A stretch of DNA of 64,000 nt, taken from positions 16,558,681 to 16,622,680 of the forward strand of contig CM119271.1 in the NCBI GenBank assembly GCA_051294375.1. The letters run 5' to 3'. Shown here piece by piece: positions 52,218-63,735 of this stretch. Below the pieces are notes generated by a model that was given only the letters and a program-made list of their open reading frames with translations, was not told the origin of the DNA and made no database searches. The first letter of the stretch is position 1, and each line of letters opens with the position of its first letter. The DNA comes from Paraspadella gotoi. Its lineage: Eukaryota > Animalia > Chaetognatha. A program made the position numbers and the translations under genes.

Positions 52218-52437
52218 ATACATTTAGTTTAAAGATTAAAAATTAAGAGGAGGTGGGCGTTAAGAAGGAGAAGAGAAGGCCCGGCGGGTTAAATTAAAGT
52301 TTTTAGGTTAAGAAACAGAAATGGGGCGCTTTTGGATAAAAGTTCCCAAGGGGGCACACTTCTCCTTTGAGCCTTTTTCGGATGAGGGAATATCTTCTCA
52401 GTCTTCTTCCTCCTCCTCCTCCTCCTCCTCCTCCTCG

Positions 52438-52554
52438 TCAGACTTTGGCGCTTGGGCTGCAGGTGATCATCTCTCCCTTGTTGTTGTCATAGATGAGAGA
52501 GAGGCCGCGGGCGGGTGCTGGTGGCGGGTGGCGGGAAGGGATGGGTAAGGGAGG
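52438..52554 (-). CDS. Terminal exon of the C1orf87-like gene (PPLPIPSRHPPPAPARGLSLIYDNNKGEMITCSPSAKV*)
   Basis: CTGAT branch-like motif, CCTTTCTCTCCCTCTTTTTCCGCAG acceptor at 52555, phase 0 matching the previous exon, TGA at 52440-52438. Confidence 0.8.
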   Translation of the reverse strand, partial: PPLPIPSRHPPPAPARGLSLIYDNNKGEMITCSPSAKV

Positions 52555-52919
52555 CTGCGGAAAAAGAGGGAGAGAAAGGACATCAGCAAAGATGGAAGTT
52601 GTTAAATTTGAAGGTTTATGTGACAGTTTAAATAAATATTTAAATGAATGAATGGATGAAAAAATAAAGAATGAAAAAAATGAATGATGGCGAGAAAAAA
52701 GCGAAGGATTAAGTTGAATAATTATTTTTAAACTAAGTAAATGAATGAGCAATAATATGAATGAATAAAATGAAGGAATAAATGAATACATGAATGAATA
52801 ATTTATAAGATAGGAAATTAATGAATGAATGAACAAGAAAGGGCTAATTATATATTTATAAATAAAAAAATCAATCAATCAATCAATCAATCATTCAATC
52901 AATCAATCCATTCCCTTAC

Positions 52920-53188
52920 CTCCGGTACAGCTGCGTTGGAGATGGGGTTAAACGTTCCCTGCTGCAGCTGCTGTAGGGGCGGTGGCGGCGGCTGCAGCGT
53001 CGTCATCGTCGTCGTCGCCGTCGTCGTCGTTGGCGCTGAGGCGATGATGGGATTTAAGGCGTCGGCGGCGGTGGCGGAGGTTGCTGCCGCAGCGGCGGCA
53101 GCGGCGGCAGCGGCAGCGGCGGCGGGGTCTCCCTCTTTGTCGTCCTTCGGGCTGGAGTTGAGGAAAGGGTCCGTGGTGGAATGGTTTG
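52920..53188 (-). CDS. Penultimate exon of the C1orf87-like gene: polyA/polyT/polyP low-complexity tail
   Basis: TCTCTTTCCCCCAG|CA...GAG|GTAAGG; phase 1 to 0, compatible with the 55427 exon: (A)NHSTTDPFLNSSPKDDKEGDP(A)nTSATAADALNPIIASAPTTTTATTTMTTLQPPPPPLQQLQQGTFNPISNAAVPE. Confidence 0.8.
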
Positions 53189-54011
53189 CTGGGGGAAAGA
53201 GATTGATGATGGGGTGATGNNNNNNNNNNAGAAGATGAGTTGATGGAGTGATGAAGTGATGGGGTGATTGGAGAAGAGGAGGGATTTAGATTCGAGACAT
53301 GGATGGCTCTCTTTTCCAAATTGCCCCGTTTCTATTTCTTAATCCCTGAACCTATTATTTAGTAAATTTAAACAGTAATCTGCTACTAAACCCATAATCC
53401 TATTCTTAAATCTAATCCTTCACCCTTAACCCTAATCTATCACCCTAACTCTAATCTATCACCTTAATTCTAATCTATCACCTTAATTCTAATCTATCAC
53501 CTTAACTCTAATCTATCACCTTAATTTTAATCTATCACCTTATGGTCCACCATAACCTTAATTCTAATTTATAACCTTAACTCTAATTTATCACCTTAAT
53601 TCTAATATATCACCTTAACTCTAATCTATCACCTTAATTCTAATCTATCACCTTAACTCTAATCTATTACCTTAACTCTAATCTATCACCTTAACTCTAA
53701 TCTATCACCTTAACTCTAATCTATCACTTTAATTCTAATCTATCACCTAAACTCTAATCTATCACCTTAATTCTAATCTATCACCTTAACTCTAATCTAT
53801 CACCTTAATTTTAATCTATATAATATATAATCTATTTTAATCTAACCTTAACTCTAATACATTACCTTAATTCTAATCTATCACCTTAATTCTAAACTAT
53901 CACCTTAATTTTAATCTATCACCTTGTGGTATAATCCTTTCTTTTCGTTGTGTAATAATTATTAGAAAAGTTTGAAATGAATTTTCAACAACGATTTTAT
54001 TTTTAATAAAA

Positions 54012-54053
54012 AACGGACATGTTTCGGCTTAACTACAAGCCTTCATCAGCATT
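54012..54053 (-). ncRNA. Inverted copy of the same hammerhead ribozyme
   Basis: Exact reverse complement of 54081-54122. Confidence 0.8.
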
Positions 54054-54080
54054 AAAAAAAAAGTAACTTTTTTTTTTTTT

Positions 54081-54122
54081 AATGCTGATGAAGGCTTGTA
54101 GTTAAGCCGAAACATGTCCGTT
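54081..54122 (+). ncRNA. Minimal type I hammerhead ribozyme (Penelope-type)
   Basis: CTGATGA (54085-54091), helix II GGCTT/AAGCC, GAAA (54109-54112), palindromic ACATGT helix III, GTC cleavage triplet ending 54118, helix I AATG/CGTT. Confidence 0.8.
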
Positions 54123-54274
54123 TTTTATTAAAAATAAAATCGTTGTTGAAAATACATTTCAAACTTTTCTAATAATCTATCACCTTAATTCTAATCTATC
54201 ACCTTAACTCTAATCTATCACCTTAATTCTAATCTATCACCTTAACTCTAATATATTACCTTAATTCTAATCTA

Positions 54275-54885
54275 CTATCTAGGAAAAAAGTTAGAAACAT
54301 TTTTTTTTTAAAAGTTCATTTATTCAATAAAAAATATACAAAACATGGGTAAAACATTCTCAATATTTGGTATGCCCTCCCTCGGCATCGACCACTGCCT
54401 GCATTCGTCTGGGCATGCTCTCGTAAAGCTACACACACAAATGTTTTTGATTTGTTGTATCGCCGTAAAAAATTTGCAATGGTGGAACGAGGGATTCCAA
54501 GTCTATTGCTGATGAATTGTTGCGTCTTTCCCTCTTTTCTCAGAGCTACAATTGCACCTTTATGAACCAAAAAGAGGGGCTGTCTATTCGGCATAACCAA
54601 TTTAAAAAAATAAAAAAATAACTAACTCAATTTGAAATAAAAACAAATAACTCAATACCAAGAATTGTGGAAAACTAAAGGCGATTTTTTCCGCCATTTT
54701 TCACTTGAGGTAGCAATCTTATTTTGCCTCTAACTTCTATACGGTTGGATCTACGAAAAAAAGGAAGGAAGCAACTGAAAGGAAATTTAGTGTAAAATCT
54801 GAAACATCCTGATTTTTTAAAAATCGAGCAAGTTTTCGAGTAGATATCCTCAATTAAAAATGTTTCTAACTTTTTTCCTAGATAG
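54275..54885 (-). mobile_element. Internally deleted Tc1/mariner transposon (611 bp)
   Basis: Perfect ~30-bp TIRs CTATCTAGGAAAAAAGTTAGAAACATTTTT; TA duplicated inside the host unit AATCTA|TCACC. Retains the N-terminal HTH (MPNRQPL..KGAIVALRKEGKTQQFISNRLGIPRSTIANFLRRY) and, in another frame, the classic Tc1 C-terminus LYESMPRRMQAVVDAEGGHTKY*; the DDE core is missing. Confidence 0.92.
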
Positions 54886-55426
54886 TATCACCTTAATTCT
54901 AAACTATCACCTTAATTTTGGCTTTGAACGCCAATTACTCAAGATTGTATGGGGCGATTGACTTCAAATTTTTTATGTGGGTAGGAAAGTGTGTGATTGA
55001 GCTGGAAATCAAGTTTCGATGGAAAAATGAAAAAAAACTATTTCACTCTGGCGACTCGAGTTGACCTCAGTCAACCAGATCACCATTTGATTATGTTTTT
55101 TTTTATATTAAATGTAAACTCAAGCTGAATTAATTAAAATAAATTAATAATTAAGTATTATTATTAATTTTTTTGTAATTAATTGATTAATTATTTAATT
55201 AATTTTGTGATCGAGATTGTTGTTTTTTGATTGAGAATCGAGACAAAATGGAAAACGATTTTGACACGAATTAAAAAAATTAATTAATTAATTTTTTTCT
55301 AATTAATCATCTGATCAGCTGCTTACCGCTAATGATCGTTGGCAGATCCGGCGTTTGCTCAAACTTGTTAATATAAAGTCATGATTTTTTTAGATGGGTT
55401 GTCAACTTTCCATGGTCCTGACATAC

Positions 55427-55576
55427 CTAGCATTCTGAGCATGGTCTCAACATCAACCAAAACCCCGTTGGAGCATTGCTTCAAAACTGTGTTGAGAATC
55501 ACGGGAGAAATGTTGAGTTCGTAAACTGAGGAGTAAGCTTCAAGAACAGTGAGAACATCTTCGACGGGGAGGTAGC
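55427..55576 (-). CDS. C1orf87: Internal exon encoding an EF-hand-like segment resembling the C-terminal part of vertebrate C1orf87
   Basis: CTCTCACAG|GC...CTAG|GTATGT, 150 nt, phase 1-1: (G)YLPVEDVLTVLEAYSSVYELNISPVILNTVLKQCSNGVLVDVETMLRML. Same register (G-x-L..E..Y...Y.L..SP......L.....G.....E..LR.L) as the C1orf87 C-terminus as I recall it; the name needs a search to confirm. Confidence 0.6.
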
Positions 55577-55611
55577 CTGTGAGAGGATGAGAGAAAGAGA
55601 GGAAGAACAGA

Positions 55612-55666
<55 letters not shown>

Positions 55667-55926
55667 GGAGAAGAAAAAAGAGTGAAAGAAGAGTGAGAGA
55701 GAGTGAAAGAGAGAAGAGAGAAAGAGAAAGAGAGAGAGAAAAAGAGAGGGAGAGAGTGAGTGTGTGAGAGAGAAAAAATGAGCCCCTGCCTCCCTCCTTC
55801 TACTTCCCTGCCTATCCCTCCCTCCCTCCTCATCCCTGCCTCCCCCTGTTTCTCTCTTCGTTGACATGACAACGGCGCGGTGTTATTTCTCCCTCCCTCA
55901 ACATTTTCAATCAGGACCGAGTGAGA

Positions 55927-55958
<32 letters not shown>

Positions 55959-56254
55959 GGGCGAGTTCCTTTTCTTTTTTTCAATGACTCTTCGTTTTTT
56001 TACATACATTTTTAGTTACGCCGAGAATACTCGCGGTCGGTCTGTCGGTCTGTCGGTCCGTCTGCTGTTCCACGCTTATAACTTGCCTATAGTTCGTTGC
56101 TCATTGCACAAAACCTCAAATCAAAGCGACTACTTGCGCCGTCTTATCTTATCAACTATTAGAAATAAAAGACGTGATTCTGATGTAGAGCGGGTCGTAT
56201 ATACATGGAAATAAAAGGGATAAGAAAGTAAAAAGAAAATTAAAGCAGCGTAAC

Positions 56255-56317
<63 letters not shown>

Positions 56318-56544
56318 ACCCTCTTAACACTTACTCGTCTTATTTACTCATTTGTTTTTCTGACGTGATGCTTTCCTTTATTTTCTCGTTACTTAACCTT
56401 TGTTAGTTTTTTTTCTAGTAAAAAACCTTCATTTTTTTTCTTCCTTATTTTCTTGACCACATTTTCCAGAAGTACTACAAGTCAGCTTAAATTCACAACT
56501 AAGAAATATTAAAAATTTTAAGATTAGGTTAAAGATTAAGCAAG

Positions 56545-56730
56545 GGGATTAGGTTTAGGATTTGGTTAGGGATTTGGTTAGGGATTTGGTTTAGAATTTG
56601 GTTAGGGATTTGGTTAGGGATTTGGTTAGGGCTTAGGTTTAGGAATTGGTTAGGGATTTGGTTAGGGATTAGGTTTAGGATTTGGTTAGGGATTTGGTTA
56701 GGGATTTGGTTAGGGATTCAGGTTTAGGGT
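56545..56730. repeat. 12-bp telomere-like tandem repeat (GGGATTTGGTTA)n
   Basis: Read directly; lies within a telomere-core MITE copy. Confidence 0.85.
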
Positions 56731-57377
56731 TGAAGAATATTGGATAAGATTTGGAATTATGGTTAGGGATTAAGCTAGAGTTTGGTATGCATATTATGAA
56801 TTAAGGTTAGCAATTAAGTATTTAATAAAAGATTGAATTTAAACAATTAAGAATTTTAACCTAATTTTTTAAAATCAATGTTTTATCAAATATTTAACTT
56901 AATTGCTAACCTTAATTCATATTAAAAACAGAAACGGGCGCTTTCGGAATATAGCGCCATTTTCTTTCTTTCTTTTTTATTTTTATCCTTCTTTCCTTTT
57001 CCTCTATTTTCGATTTTCTCTGTTTCTCATTTCTCTTTATCTTTTTCCCTCTCTCCTCAGCTCCTCAGCTCCTCAGCTCCTCAGCTCTTCATTTTCTCCT
57101 CTCATTTCTCCTTATCTTTTTTTCCCTCTCTTCTCTCCTCGGCTACCAAGTGATTTATTCTACATAATTTTTCCCGCTTAAAAAAAACCTCATATTTTTT
57201 TTTACAAACCTATTTTTAATTTTTTATTTTTTTCTTTCTCCTTTTTTTGGTTTTTAGATTTCTTGTTTATTATTTATCCCTTTGTCTTTTTTCTTTTAAT
57301 TTATTTTTTTTAATTTTCTCTTTTAAATTTGCTATTTGTTCTCTTTCTTAATTTTTCTTTATTCTCTACCCTCTTCC

Positions 57378-57409
<32 letters not shown>

Positions 57410-57498
57410 TTTCCTCTCTCTTGCGTCTTGTTATCATTGAACGCTTGATTGAGTCTCTCAGCCAAGGGATGTGGTTTATGCCGTCTCTCTCTCTCTCT

Positions 57499-57546
<48 letters not shown>

Positions 57547-58864
57547 AAGGTTTCTTACTCTTTTTCCCTCTCCCTCTCTTTCTCCTTCTTTCTTTCCCTC
57601 TATCTCTTTCTGTCATTCTTTCCCCTTTTAGCTCTCTCTCTCTTTCTACTTCTCTCCCTCTCTCTCTTTATTTCTATCTATATCACTATACTCTCTCTTT
57701 TACTATCTCTTTCTCAGGGTTTCTTTCTCTCTTTCTCTCTCCCTCCGTGCTCTCTCTCTCTCTCACTCTCTCTCTTGTTTCTCTGTTTTGATCTCATTCC
57801 TTCTTCTCATTCTCATCATAATGATGCTACATGTTACATAATGTTACACAGGAAGGGTCAACCATGCCTGAAAGGCTGCAGGAACCCGTAGGCCATGCCA
57901 GCGGGGCAGGGTCAACCATGCCACAAAGGCTGCGGCTTACTGCGGTTAAAGGACGGCCTTGCGAGAAAAGGCACAGGGAAATGACATCTCCCTCGATGCT
58001 CGACACCGGGCCACATAGGATTAGGAATGGTTTTAGTTGGATAAACGAGACACACTATCGATCTTATACCAGACCAGAATTCTAAAGGACCACGCTTCAT
58101 GTCCATAAGACGACTTTGCCGCTGGGGGTCGCGGTGACTGTCGCACCCTTTGCTTTAACATCGGTTCAATCGTTATTCGCTTAATTAATTGGGAAGAAAA
58201 GAAGTCATAACGACGACGACGACGACGGCGACGACGACGATGACGATGATGTTAACAAAGGCTGACTTTAGATGGAAGCGCTACAGGAGGATCATTTTCG
58301 GCTTGAATTCAGAATTAGAAAAGTATAAAAGGTAGAGAGTAAGGGATAAAGGTTTGGTTAGGGATTAGGGTCAGGGATAAGTTTATGGTTAGGTATGTAG
58401 TGAGGCATTGCGATACATTCACCCCATCTATTAGTAACCTTCAGTTGTGACCCGCTGACTCATTGAGTAATACCAGCGGCTTATGACCATTAGGTCCCGG
58501 GAACGCTCCCCAATGGTACTTACCCAGAAGGAAGCGTGAGGAGTCCTCACCTAAGACGGCCATAAAGCGCTTTGGGCGCTTGGAAAACCTTCAAGCCTGG
58601 TTTCAAGCCCAGGACCCGTTCCATTGCTGTTCCATTCCACTTAGAAACTTATCCACAGGTATTTATTTGGGTGTGGGATTGGGCTAAGAGATTGGCTTAA
58701 GCATTTAGTATAAGATAAGAGTTAAATAGTTGGCTTAAAATTAAATACAGGGATCAGAAACTAAAATGGGGTGTTTTCGTAAAATAGTGCTCTTTCCTTT
58801 ACTACTTTCTTTCTACTCTGCTACTTTACTTTAGTCACTCTTTTCAAAGTCAACAATGTAATCC

Positions 58865-59150
58865 TTCTTAGTCTAATCTTCCACCATCTTAATCCTATTT
58901 TCCTATTCTATTTTCCTTATCTAATCTAGTCTAATCTAATCGAATCTAGTCTAATCTTCCATCATCTCAATCCTATTTTTCTATTTTATTTTCCTTATCT
59001 AATCTAGTCTAATCTAATCGAATCTAGTCTAATCTTCCACCATCTCAATCCTATTTTCCTATTCTATTTTCCTTATCTAATCTAATCTAATCTAATCTAG
59101 TCTAATCTTCCACCATCTCAATCCTATTTTCCTATTCTATTTTCCTTATC
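58865..59150. repeat. ~60-80-bp tandem repeat
   Basis: TAGTCTAATCTTCCACCATCTCAATCCTATTTTCCTATTCTATTTTCCTTATC, about four copies with variable (TCTAA)n linkers. Confidence 0.8.
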
Positions 59151-60292
59151 CTATTATAACGGCATTTCCATTTTCCATCCCATTAACCCTATTCCACATA
59201 TTCCTTTCCACTTTCTTTCTTTCCTTTCCTCCCTCCGTTCCACTTTCCTTCTTCTTTCCTTTCCTCATCTTCTTTTCTCCCTCTTTTCTACTTCCATTCT
59301 TTCCTTTCCTCATCTTCTTTCCTCCCTTCTTAACACTTTCTCTCTTTCTTTTCCTCATCTTCTTTCCTCCCTTCTTAACACTTTCTTTCTTTTCCTCATC
59401 TTCTTTCCTCCATCCTTTCCACTTTTTTCCTTTTCTTATCTTCTTTCCTCCCTCTTTTCCACTTCCCTTCTTTCCTTTTCTCATCTTCTTTCCTCCCTTA
59501 TTTCCACTTTCCTTCTTTTCCCTTTCTTATCTTCTTTCCTTCCTCTTTTCCACTTTCCTTCTTTTCTTTTTCTTATCTTCTTTTCTCCCTAATTTCCACT
59601 TTCCTTTTTTCCTTTCTTCATCTTCTTTTCTTTCCTCCATTCAGTTTACTTTTTAGTTTGAATTTTTATTTTGCTCTTTTTTTCTTTTTTATTTCGCTTC
59701 CTCTTCTTCTTCTTTTCTCATTCCTCTCTTATTTCTCTTCATTTTCTTTTCTCCTTTTTCCTCTTTTCTTTCTCCCCCTCTTCCTCACTTTTTTCCTTCT
59801 TCATTGAGATTCAAATGAGACACAACGCAACGACTCAGGAATCCGAAACCAAGTCTTTGCTTTTACAAGCAATAGCGGAAACGTGGGAATCGCTTTTACA
59901 AGCAGAGGCGGTTGACGGAGAATCGCTTTTACCAGCAGCAAGATGCTAAGAAATAGCTTTTACAAGCAGCGAAGGAGCAAAGAAAGACTAGCAAGAGGTG
60001 AAAGCCAGATGTAAGCAGAGAAGGAAATAATTCCTTTGTCCGGAGAATTACGAACGGCGGGGGGGGGGTTTTAGTTGAAATTAAATGACCGAAAATTGGT
60101 TAATTCAAAAAAATCACGCCGCATTAATCATATTTAAATCAATTAAATTACTTCCAAATCACACAGTAAGTTTATAATGAGTTTATCTCTTTAATTTCTC
60201 CCTCGGAAAACAAAACGCTGTACGACTTTATGTTTGTTAAAATTGTTTTTCTTTTGCAAAAAACAAAGATTTTATTGTCATTAATAAAAACA

Positions 60293-60328
60293 GACATGTT
60301 TCGACTCTATGTTTCGAGTCTTCATCAG
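60293..60328 (-). ncRNA. Minimal hammerhead ribozyme, second subfamily, in a Penelope-type fragment (~60255-60340)
   Basis: Minus strand CTGATGA-A-GACTC-gaaacata-GAGTC-GAAA-CATG-TC, followed by an AT-rich tail with AATAAA like the other copies; helix I weak. Confidence 0.65.
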
Positions 60329-60665
60329 CAAGCCGTAAAGTTATAATCACGAAAAAAGTAATGTCTAAAAACTACAACAATAACAGATCCCAAAACGACG
60401 AATAATCCTCGACAAAATTCTTTCCAAGGATAAAAAAAAAGAGGAAAGATTTGATTTGTTTTGAGTTAATCAAAGAAAAAGAAAAAAAAGAAAAAAGCGA
60501 GTTCACCACCTGAACTTCAGATTTCTTTCTTTTTGCTCTTATTTATGCTTTCTGTCTTTCTGTATTTCTGTCTTTCTCTTTTTTTATCTTTCGTTGTTCC
60601 TAAATTTTTTATTTTTTTATTTTTATCTCTTTTTATCTTTCATCCTTTATTTCTTTATTTCTTTT

Positions 60666-60696
<31 letters not shown>

Positions 60697-61284
60697 TTCC
60701 CTGTATTTTTTTAATTCAATCTTTCTTTCTGTTTTGCTTTTTTTTGTCTCCAATTTTTCTTTCTTTCTTTCTTACTGTATTTTTATCTGACTTTCTTTTT
60801 TTCAAATTCAAACTTCCTCAATCTATGACACAGGGAATGGCTTTAAATTTACCACGTGACATTTTTAATCATAATAATATATCTAATTAATAGGCATTCT
60901 ATGAAACCTAACTGAGATAAGCTAATCGTCGTTCCATAATAACCTTGAATGCTCACTTTCATTTAGAATTGACTTCACTAACTAAAACAAGAGCAACTGA
61001 AATCAGGGTTTTTGCAAAAGCTTGAAACAGTTGGACGAGACAGATTTAATCGGCGGGTCAAGCCTCCTTGGAAAACACTTGAGAAAAAAAATGTAAAAGC
61101 AAATCTTATTCTTTTTCTAAGAACAACAATGATTTCGGAGCGAGAACTGAACTTGACACGGAGCCTTTCACGTCGTTTCGTCGTCGTCGTCGCCGTCGTC
61201 GTCGTGTTGTTGTTGTTGTCGATTGGCTCGTTGATTTTGTTGCTTCTCTCAAGTTTACAATGTCAAGCTGTTGAAAGAAACTTA

Positions 61285-61328
<44 letters not shown>

Positions 61329-61552
61329 TCTCTGTCTCCTCTCTCTCTCTTTCTCTCTCTCTCTCCGTCTCTTTCCCCTGCGTTCCCTCTTTCACCTCCT
61401 CTCTCTTTCCCTCCTTCAATCAACGATCAAGTTCTCACAGCTGCAGTCTCCACGGTCTCCGGAATTCACATCATTTCAAGCATCACATTCACCGACTTGT
61501 TAATCCCACAATTATCACCTCCATAGGAAGACAACTGAGAGTTGAAATAGAG

Positions 61553-61647
<95 letters not shown>

Positions 61648-63221
61648 ATCGCTTCTTTCGTAGAAGCGAGTAAAAGCGATATATTGGAAGATACGTAATC
61701 AAACGTCTAGTAAGCCAGGTGTATGCGTAAGCAGAAGGATTAAGCGAGAATCGATTCCGTTTCCGTAGTTCGTTTGGCGACATTACTGAGGTTAAGAAGA
61801 AAGAAAAAAAAAAGAAAAGAAAGAAAAGAAAAGAAAAGAAAAGAAAGAAAAAAAAATGAAAAAAAAGAAAAGAAAAAGAAAAAAGGAAAAGGAAAGAAGA
61901 AAAAAAAAGAAAAAAAAAAGAAAAGAAAAAAGAAAAGAAAAGAAAAAAGAAAAGAAAGAAAGAAAGAAAGAAAAATGAAAGAAAAGAAAAGAAAAGAAAA
62001 GAAAAGAAAAGAAAAAGAAAAGGAGGATTTTAGATAGGGAAGAGTCAATAACAAGAAAAAAGCAAGGCATTCTGGCAGAGAATAAAATTCAGCTCCTTGT
62101 ATTTTTATGCTAGTGCAGAGTACAATATAGTACTACTACTTTAGGGAGTGGTCTTTTCATACAATTGAAACATTCTTTGAAATATTATACCACTTCATTG
62201 ATAGGGAAGCCAGGTACTCTGGGAGTGAATAGACAAGACTGTGTGAGAGTCTTGATCGAAAGCTGGCAGGTACCTGCTATGTCATTATCTTGTAAGAGTG
62301 ATGGAGGCCTGTCCAAAGTCAGGGGCAAGATAGCTTATTTAATGAATGAATGGATAATTTGGAATTTGTTAAAAGTTATACTTATTTACTTCTCTTCAGT
62401 TTAAATTCTTTAACTATTCTTACTTTTATAACTTCTCTTCTTTATCATTTCCCTAAACTTCACTTTCTTCCTTCAACTTGCTTCATCTGCCATCTCTATC
62501 GTCCACCCAACTTTACTCTTCCCGCTTTTTCTTTAACGGTCTTTTCGCCTGCAAATCTCCTTGCACCTTCTAACATGCATGCACCTGTCACCCGCGTGTG
62601 ACTTCGCCACCTGCCAATTCGTCGCGACCTCGTTTACCCTAAAAAAAATTTTAAAAAATCCCTCGTCTTTTTTTACGCGTCGTTCGTCGGAAGTCGTTGT
62701 TGTTGTCCTTGTCGTTGTTGTCCTTGTCGTTGTTGTCGTCGTCGTTGTTGTCATCATTATTGTTGTTGTTGTTGTCGTCGTTCTTATTGTTGTCATTGTT
62801 GTCGTAGTCATTGTTGTAGGTATGTTGTTGTCGTTGTTGTTATCATCGTTGTCGTTGTTGTTGTTTGCGAGAGAGGACAGGAAGAGCGAGCACGAGAATA
62901 GGATCCAGTCAGCGTGCACAATATAGACGTCGCAAAGAAGAGAGACGCACGGAGAGAGAGAGATAGAGAAGAGAGGAGAGAAACCCAGCGTCTCATATAC
63001 CTCCAAGACGACCGGAAGTCAGGACGGAGATATCCGCATTACAAGAGTGAGAGGAGCAGACGGAGAGAGATGAGACAGAGAATACAATCCATTCCAACTA
63101 TCGAACGACAGATGTAGTAGCAAGAAACGTATCGATGTTGACTAATGAACAAGTAGCAACTAAAAAGACAAACAATTCATTAAATAAAATATGCTATCTG
63201 GACAGGCTATGGTAATTAAGG

Positions 63222-63735
63222 CCTCTATCACTCTTACCATCACTCTCCATCCACTCTCCATCACTCTTACATCACTCTCCATCACTCTTACATCACTCTC
63301 CATCACTCTTATATCACTCTCCATCACTCTCCATTACTCTTACATCACTCTCCATCACTTTTACATCACTCCCATTCTCCTTTCACTCTTACATCACTCT
63401 CCATCACTCTTACATCACTTTCATCACTCTTACATCACTCTCCATCACTCTCCATCACTCTTACATCACTCTCCATCACTCTTCATCACTCTCATCACTC
63501 TCCCATCTCATCACTCTATACATCACTCCATCCACTCTTACATCACTCTCCATCACTCTACATCACTCTCATCACTCTTACTCACTCTCCATCACTCGTA
63601 CATCACTCTCCATCACTCTTACATCACTCTCCATCACTCTTACATCACTCTCACATCAACTCTTACATCACTCTCCATCACTCTCCATCACTCTTACATC
63701 ACGCTCCATCACTCTCCATCACTCTCCATCACCTC
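63222..63735. repeat. (CATCACTCTC/CATCACTCTTA)n satellite inside a family-A copy
   Basis: 10-11-bp units; explains the spurious 244-aa ORF 63191..63925. Confidence 0.9.

Larger units (their letters stand above)
53926..54176 (-). mobile_element. Penelope-like element terminal (pLTR) fragment with an inverted duplication, ~105-bp arms
   Basis: Arms 53958-~54063 and ~54067-54176 nearly perfectly inverted, each with a hammerhead. Tail CAACGAAAAGAAAGG shared with the 8460 and 51388 copies. Inserted in a 19-bp minisatellite. Confidence 0.75.
53425..54918. repeat. 19-bp minisatellite (CTAATCTATCACCTTAA(T/C)T)n interrupted by two insertions
   Basis: Tandem units read directly; the array resumes after the Penelope and Tc1 insertions. 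Confidence 0.9.

Noticed and set aside
59859-59968. CRISPR-like repeat-spacer array
   Set aside because: Eukaryotic context, 13-bp repeats, related spacers, no cas genes.
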